Assembly (NCBI GenBank): GCA_018819285.1
Contig: JAHJQM010000042.1
Coordinates: forward strand, 45,778-109,777
Reading direction: 5' to 3'
DNA from: Candidatus Omnitrophota bacterium
Lineage (GTDB): Bacteria; Omnitrophota; Gorgyraeia; Gorgyraeales; Gorgyraeaceae
Length of the DNA: 64,000 nucleotides
Made by a program: the position numbers and the translations under genes. Every line of letters starts with the position of its first letter. Within the stretch, counting starts at the first letter, position 1. Of the stretch, positions 59,492-64,000 are shown in pieces. The notes under the pieces are model-generated. The model did not search any database. It saw only the letters and a program-made list of their open reading frames with translations, and was not told where the DNA came from.

Positions 59492-60682
59492 TTACTGATA
59501 CTCTGTTTCTAAATAAAGATTTACTATTATATCGCTCATAAACGTAATCAGATTGCGCGGATCTTTTGCTTTTTTGAAATCCAACTTCCGGATGCCGGCC
59601 CTGGCTATTTCCCAGAACATGGGTATGGCTGTCCAAGATAAAGAAAGTATAGCCGCTACCCTTTTTCCTGAAATCCCTAAAGGCTTTAAAGGTGCCAGTA
59701 TCCTGGATAATCCCTTACCAAGATCTTCTGGAGAAGTGGTCCTGGCGAGCAGAGAACTGGCCCATATGAGGCAAATTAATCGCAACGCAAAGATAATTCC
59801 TGCATTCAGCCCCTCGCTTGTAATATTGAAATATGCGAAGTGAGATATAACATGTTTCCCGGAATTAAAAAATACCGGGAAGAGAAACGATACAAATATC
59901 AAAGTAGAGCACTTTCTTGTGCTTGAAAAAAGATACCGGAATGATGTCGTTGACATAGCAGCTACTGCTGTAAAAAATACAAAAAGCCCTGCATAAAACC
60001 ATAGGCTGCTGAAAAATAGCACTGCGAGCGAAAGTATAACGACGCCTGCTATCTTAATCTCAGGCAATATCCGATGTACAATAGAATCCCCTGCCAGATA
60101 ATGACTAAGTTTTAATCCCTGATATTCCTTTTTAGCCTTCGACACCGATTTGCAACCTTCTGCCTCTTTCAGTTTCAGGCAAATCTTACTGGAGACTGCG
60201 CCTGTAAACCAGCCTATAAAAACCGCTCCTATGGATAGCCATGGTAAAAATATAAATATCCCTGCGTGCTTTACCATTATCAGATATGCAAGGCCCAGCT
60301 GGGTAATATTATGCACAAGCGCGCCTGCAACGCTAATTCCCACTATGCTGAATAAACGCTGTTTTGTGGTATGCGCTAGCCAGTATAAAAATCCCATGGT
60401 AAGCGTGCTCATAACGCCTGCTGCGAAGCTAAGTATAAATCCAGGCGACATAAAAGTGCCCATTATAAAAGAGCTCAACACAGTACGAAGTACTGTTATT
60501 TCAAGGCTATAGCCAAAGCCTAGATTCATCAGCGCCACCAGCGTGATTATATTTGCCAGGCCAAGCCTTAATCCTGGAATAGGGTGAGGTATAAGGGATT
60601 CAGCGATCTGCAGGACGCAGGCAAGAGATACTAAAAGCGCTACTTTATACATATTATTGTCTGTTATTTGATTTTCTTTCAT
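59492..60682 (-). CDS. Gx-transporter (heptaprenyl-PP synthase component I-like) domain fused to an ECF T-component (CbiQ/EcfT) domain
   Basis: N-half ESLIPHPIPGLRLGLANI, SIVGISVAGALVHNITQL; C-half YLAGDSIVHRILPEIKI, TTSPEDLGKGLSRILAPL. Confidence 0.8.
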   Translation of the reverse strand: MKENQITDNNMYKVALLVSLACVLQIAESLIPHPIPGLRLGLANIITLVALMNLGFGYSLEITVLRTVLSSFIMGTFMSPGFILSFAAGVMSTLTMGFLYWLAHTTKQRLFSIVGISVAGALVHNITQLGLAYLIMVKHAGIFIFLPWLSIGAVFIGWFTGAVSSKICLKLKEAEGCKSVSKAKKEYQGLKLSHYLAGDSIVHRILPEIKIAGVVILSLAVLFFSSLWFYAGLFVFFTAVAAMSTTSFRYLFSSTRKCSTLIFVSFLFPVFFNSGKHVISHFAYFNITSEGLNAGIIFALRLICLIWASSLLARTTSPEDLGKGLSRILAPLKPLGISGKRVAAILSLSWTAIPMFWEIARAGIRKLDFKKAKDPRNLITFMSDIIVNLYLETEYQ

Positions 60683-60683
60683 A

Positions 60684-61097
60684 TTAGTAAGCTACTGCGT
60701 CTATAATCGCTGGGCCTTTTGATTTGATCTCAACCAATACCTGGTTAGGCACGCATACTATAGTTTCGTCGTTATACTTTATCCATCCCATATTTTTACA
60801 TATATGATGGGGACAATCAGTATTTAGAACTCTGATCTTCCCGTCTTTAACCTCAAGCTGCATCTTTCCGTCAAGAATAGCGATTATTTTATCCTTGCCC
60901 AACCCACTCTCTTCCAGAAGTTTATCTTTCTGATATATACAAACCGCGCTCGGCCCGGAAGAAGGCTGAAAACGTTTATGAATAACCCAGAAAGAAACTA
61001 TGGAAACAAGTAAAGTCAATCCTATAAAAACCAAGTCAAACCGCGTTGTCTGATAAAAATCCCTGCCTGTTTCTTTCCTTTGAAAATTTTTCATCAA
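60684..61097 (-). CDS. NusG domain II-containing (DUF1312-like) membrane-anchored protein
   Basis: TM anchor, EVKDGKIRV..DCPHHICKNMGWI...IVCVPNQV. Confidence 0.88.
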   Translation of the reverse strand: MMKNFQRKETGRDFYQTTRFDLVFIGLTLLVSIVSFWVIHKRFQPSSGPSAVCIYQKDKLLEESGLGKDKIIAILDGKMQLEVKDGKIRVLNTDCPHHICKNMGWIKYNDETIVCVPNQVLVEIKSKGPAIIDAVAY

Positions 61098-61099
61098 AA

Positions 61100-62092
61100 T
61101 CAGGAATAAAAACTTTTTTTCAAAACAAAATCCGCAAGATCAAAAAGGCTGTCTCTATAATCAGAATTAGGAAGAGTGCTTAATCCTTCTTTTCCTGAAT
61201 CAAGATAGAACGAGGCCATTCTCTTTGTCTCGGCTATCGCATCTGAATTAAGAAGCCTTGCTTTTATATTCTTTAAACAATCTTTATCTCTGACCTTAAG
61301 CAGCCTCTTCAAATTCCCTCTTTCATCCTCATTTACAGATTCAAGTAAATTTAATAATGGCAGTGTTATCTCTCCGACGCTTATGTCCTGTCCGGGGGTC
61401 TTACCTAGATCCTGCCTCTCTCCTATAAGATCCATATAATCATCCGCTATCTGGAACGCTATGCCGAAGTTTAAGCCATATTTTTTTAACGAGAGTTGTA
61501 TAGGTCTCCTGCAGTTTGACAGCATTGCGCCTGCCTGGCATGACGCTGCAAATAAACTGGCTGTCTTTTTTTTCAATATCAGGAAATACCTTTTCTTTAA
61601 AAGCGAAATATTATCCCTTTCGCACACCTGCATAAGCTCCCCCTTACACATCTCTTTGGCGGCTGTACTTATGCAATCCAGGACATCAATATTGCCACAC
61701 GTAGCTATCAGGTTGAAGGCTATGGAATACAGATAATCGCCTAAAGCAATGGAAACATCCTGGCCAAATCTGGAATTAACTGTAGGTTTATCATGCCGGA
61801 AACACGCATGATCAATAACATCATCATGAATCAGGGAGGCTGTATGTATCAACTCTATGCTGGAAGCGACTTTAATCAATCTGTCGCCTGCAAGAGGAAA
61901 TTCTCCTCCTGCGCCTGCCTTTGCTGATAGGATAACCAGCGCAGGCCTCAGTCTTTTACCAGGGGTTTCTAGCAATAGTCTGCTTATCCTAGACATTGGC
62001 CTCGTGTTAACCCTGCCCAAAGACTCCCTATAAAGGTCTTCGACCCTGCCAAGCTCTTTTTTTATAGGTTTATATATATCTTTCAGGTCCAT
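61100..62092 (-). CDS. long-chain polyprenyl diphosphate synthase (HepT/IspB-like)
   Basis: GKRLRP, HTASLIHDDVID, GDYL, KKTASLF, FQIADDYMD. Confidence 0.92.
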   Translation of the reverse strand: MDLKDIYKPIKKELGRVEDLYRESLGRVNTRPMSRISRLLLETPGKRLRPALVILSAKAGAGGEFPLAGDRLIKVASSIELIHTASLIHDDVIDHACFRHDKPTVNSRFGQDVSIALGDYLYSIAFNLIATCGNIDVLDCISTAAKEMCKGELMQVCERDNISLLKKRYFLILKKKTASLFAASCQAGAMLSNCRRPIQLSLKKYGLNFGIAFQIADDYMDLIGERQDLGKTPGQDISVGEITLPLLNLLESVNEDERGNLKRLLKVRDKDCLKNIKARLLNSDAIAETKRMASFYLDSGKEGLSTLPNSDYRDSLFDLADFVLKKSFYS

Positions 62093-62093
62093 C

Positions 62094-63020
62094 TTATCTC
62101 CAAATCCTATTCAGCAGAAAACCTCCGCTTAATAATATCCCTGTAAGCATATGCAAAGCAATGGTCAAAGAATTTGCCGGAAGCAATTCGCGGACGCCGC
62201 CATAATTCCTGCCGGATACATTGATTATTTTAAAAGCCATGGGAAGCGTCAATAACACAGCCAATGTATATAAAGGTATAATTCTGAATACCGCAAATAT
62301 CAAGATAGACGCATATGTCAGGCCTATTAGAAGATGATACAGCCTGACTGCTTTTTCCTTGCCCAGCAAGACTACCAATGTCCTCTTGCCTGTTTTCTCG
62401 TCAGCCTCATAATCAGGAAATTCATTTATATAAAGGATTAGCCCTACCAGGATACCGACGGGTATAGAAGCGCAAAACGCCGGCCAGGAAAACCTCATCG
62501 CCTGAACATAATACGCGCCAAGCACCACGAGAGGCCCAAAACAAAATCCCACAATAAGTTCCCCTGACCCGAGATAACCTATCTTCAAAGGTTCAGCTGT
62601 ATAAAAAATTCCTAAAAATACGCCTATAATCCCCATGAAAAGCACAATATTTGTCTTGAGGGCGTAATTTATCCATAGCCCTATAATAGAGCCTATAATA
62701 AAACACGCCAGGCTAAACAAAAATATTCCTTTAGGCTTCACTAACCTGTCCTGGATAACTCGGCTTCCGCCGTTAAAAGGCGTATGGTTTTTATTCAACG
62801 GGTCGTTTCCTGTCCTGTGGTCAAAATAATCATTCATCAGATTGGTTCCGGTATGAAGAAAACTGATGCCTGTCACAACCAGAATAAAATTTACAATGTT
62901 GAATCTTCCTGTTTCCGACCACGCTATTATAGTACCGAGTATTACAGGTACGAGCGTGGCTGTTAAAAACGGCGCACGAGTTGCTTTTATCCAGATTGCA
63001 AGACGCTTAAAATTTATCAT
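62094..63020 (-). CDS. menA: 1,4-dihydroxy-2-naphthoate prenyltransferase
   Basis: RAPFLTAT, NDYFDH...D, GGSRVI, NEFPDYEAD..GKRTL. Confidence 0.9.
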   Translation of the reverse strand: MINFKRLAIWIKATRAPFLTATLVPVILGTIIAWSETGRFNIVNFILVVTGISFLHTGTNLMNDYFDHRTGNDPLNKNHTPFNGGSRVIQDRLVKPKGIFLFSLACFIIGSIIGLWINYALKTNIVLFMGIIGVFLGIFYTAEPLKIGYLGSGELIVGFCFGPLVVLGAYYVQAMRFSWPAFCASIPVGILVGLILYINEFPDYEADEKTGKRTLVVLLGKEKAVRLYHLLIGLTYASILIFAVFRIIPLYTLAVLLTLPMAFKIINVSGRNYGGVRELLPANSLTIALHMLTGILLSGGFLLNRIWR

Positions 63021-64000
63021 AGTATATGTATATATCCTCTATGCCCTTCTTGGTAAGCACAGCTATGGAAGCGTCTATCATGGGCGGCGGGCCACAAAGA
63101 TACGCCTCTGTATGCCCGTTTCCAACCACTGTTCTTTCCACAACCTGGGTAATCAGGCCTGTCTCGCCTCTCCAGCTATCCTGAGGCTTTGGCTCTGAAA
63201 GCGCAGGGATATATTTAAAATTCGGGAATTCTTTTGAAAGTATAAAAAGCTCTTCTGTAAAGAAAAGGTCTTTTTTGCTGCGGGCGCCGAAGAAATACGT
63301 GACCTTTCTCGGCATATTTTTTTCTTTAAGATGAAGTAATATGGAGCGTATCGGAGCCATACCGCAGCCGCCGCCAATGCATACTATATCCCTGTCAGAA
63401 TCCTCCCTCAGGTAAAAATCCCCAAAAGGCCCTGTAAGCGTAATCTTGTCGTTTATATCAAGCGCTTCATGTATATACGAAGAGCACATGCCATTCGGCA
63501 CTAAACGCACAATCAGCTCCACTATATTATTCTGCGAAGGCCTGGATGCGATAGAATACGCCCGGAACTCATCTGTTTCAGGTATCTTAAACTGCACATA
63601 CTGGCCTGGTTTGAAGCTTATAGCGGAAGGTTCTTCTAATTTTAAAAAAATATGTTTTATATCCACGGTAAGGTCTAATATCTTGACCACTACCGCCTTA
63701 TACTCCTGAGCAGATAAAAGTTCCGAGGAAATTAAGACCTCGATATCATTCTTTACCTTAACCTGGCACGCAAGCCTGACTCCTCTGAGCCTATCCTTGC
63801 GGGAGATAAACACCTCTTCGGTCGGCAATATGCTGCCGCCTCCGCTCAAAATCTCTACTTTGCAATACCCGCAAGTTGCCTTGCCTCCGCAGGCTGAAGG
63901 CACAAATATCTTGTTCTGCGCAAAATAGCTCAGAAGATTATCGCCTCCGTTTACAGCCAGAATCTTTTCCTTGTTAATGGTAATCTTGCACTCCCCATAG
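63007..64000 (-). CDS. NqrF-like 2Fe-2S/FAD/NAD(P)H oxidoreductase, 5' end outside the window
   Basis: Frame stays open to the window end (GECKITINKEKILAVNGGDNLL); PSACGGKATCGYCK, RLACQ, RAYSIAS, GGGCGMAP, YLCGPP, YDKF. Confidence 0.85.
   Translation of the reverse strand, partial: YGECKITINKEKILAVNGGDNLLSYFAQNKIFVPSACGGKATCGYCKVEILSGGGSILPTEEVFISRKDRLRGVRLACQVKVKNDIEVLISSELLSAQEYKAVVVKILDLTVDIKHIFLKLEEPSAISFKPGQYVQFKIPETDEFRAYSIASRPSQNNIVELIVRLVPNGMCSSYIHEALDINDKITLTGPFGDFYLREDSDRDIVCIGGGCGMAPIRSILLHLKEKNMPRKVTYFFGARSKKDLFFTEELFILSKEFPNFKYIPALSEPKPQDSWRGETGLITQVVERTVVGNGHTEAYLCGPPPMIDASIAVLTKKGIEDIYIYYDKF

Noticed and set aside
59475-59636. Long N-terminal extensions in the ORF track for the porin, and likewise for cysH, cobA, the response regulator and tolC
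   Set aside because: They overlap upstream genes or promoters; downstream ATGs have clear SD sequences.

Overview
Chromosomal window, almost entirely on the minus strand, from a low-GC diderm bacterium. It encodes TolC proteins, porins, a TamB-like protein and a TonB-C domain. A large mosaic exported protein and short HemA/HemC suggest the PVC superphylum, possibly Omnitrophota; this is inference only. Left to right: an RND adaptor and a TonB-C/TolC fusion; a ROK regulator; tRNA-Glu(CTC); a FIST / GAF histidine kinase / REC-GGDEF operon; tRNA-Leu(GAG); an acyl-CoA ligase and cstA; a ~320-bp GC-rich nested-palindrome element; a cold-shock gene; a 1292-aa mosaic exported protein; a copper cluster (CsoR, two YHS proteins, a csoR relic, CusCBA with extra metal-binding inserts, SPFH, a porin, CopA); a treZ-treY-glgX-glgB-treS/mak-glgE block lying, with copA, between two 111-bp direct repeats; a sulfate-assimilation and siroheme operon with a HemC lacking domain 3 and no hemD; and a flavinylation/quinone locus. 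That last locus (NqrF-like, MenA, polyprenyl synthase, NusG-II, Gx-EcfT fusion, porin, ApbE, FMN-binding protein, membrane protein, two-component pair) resembles a diderm version of the Listeria flavin-based extracellular electron transfer locus and is the best candidate for an undescribed system. All family calls come from recognising motifs by eye; no searches were run.
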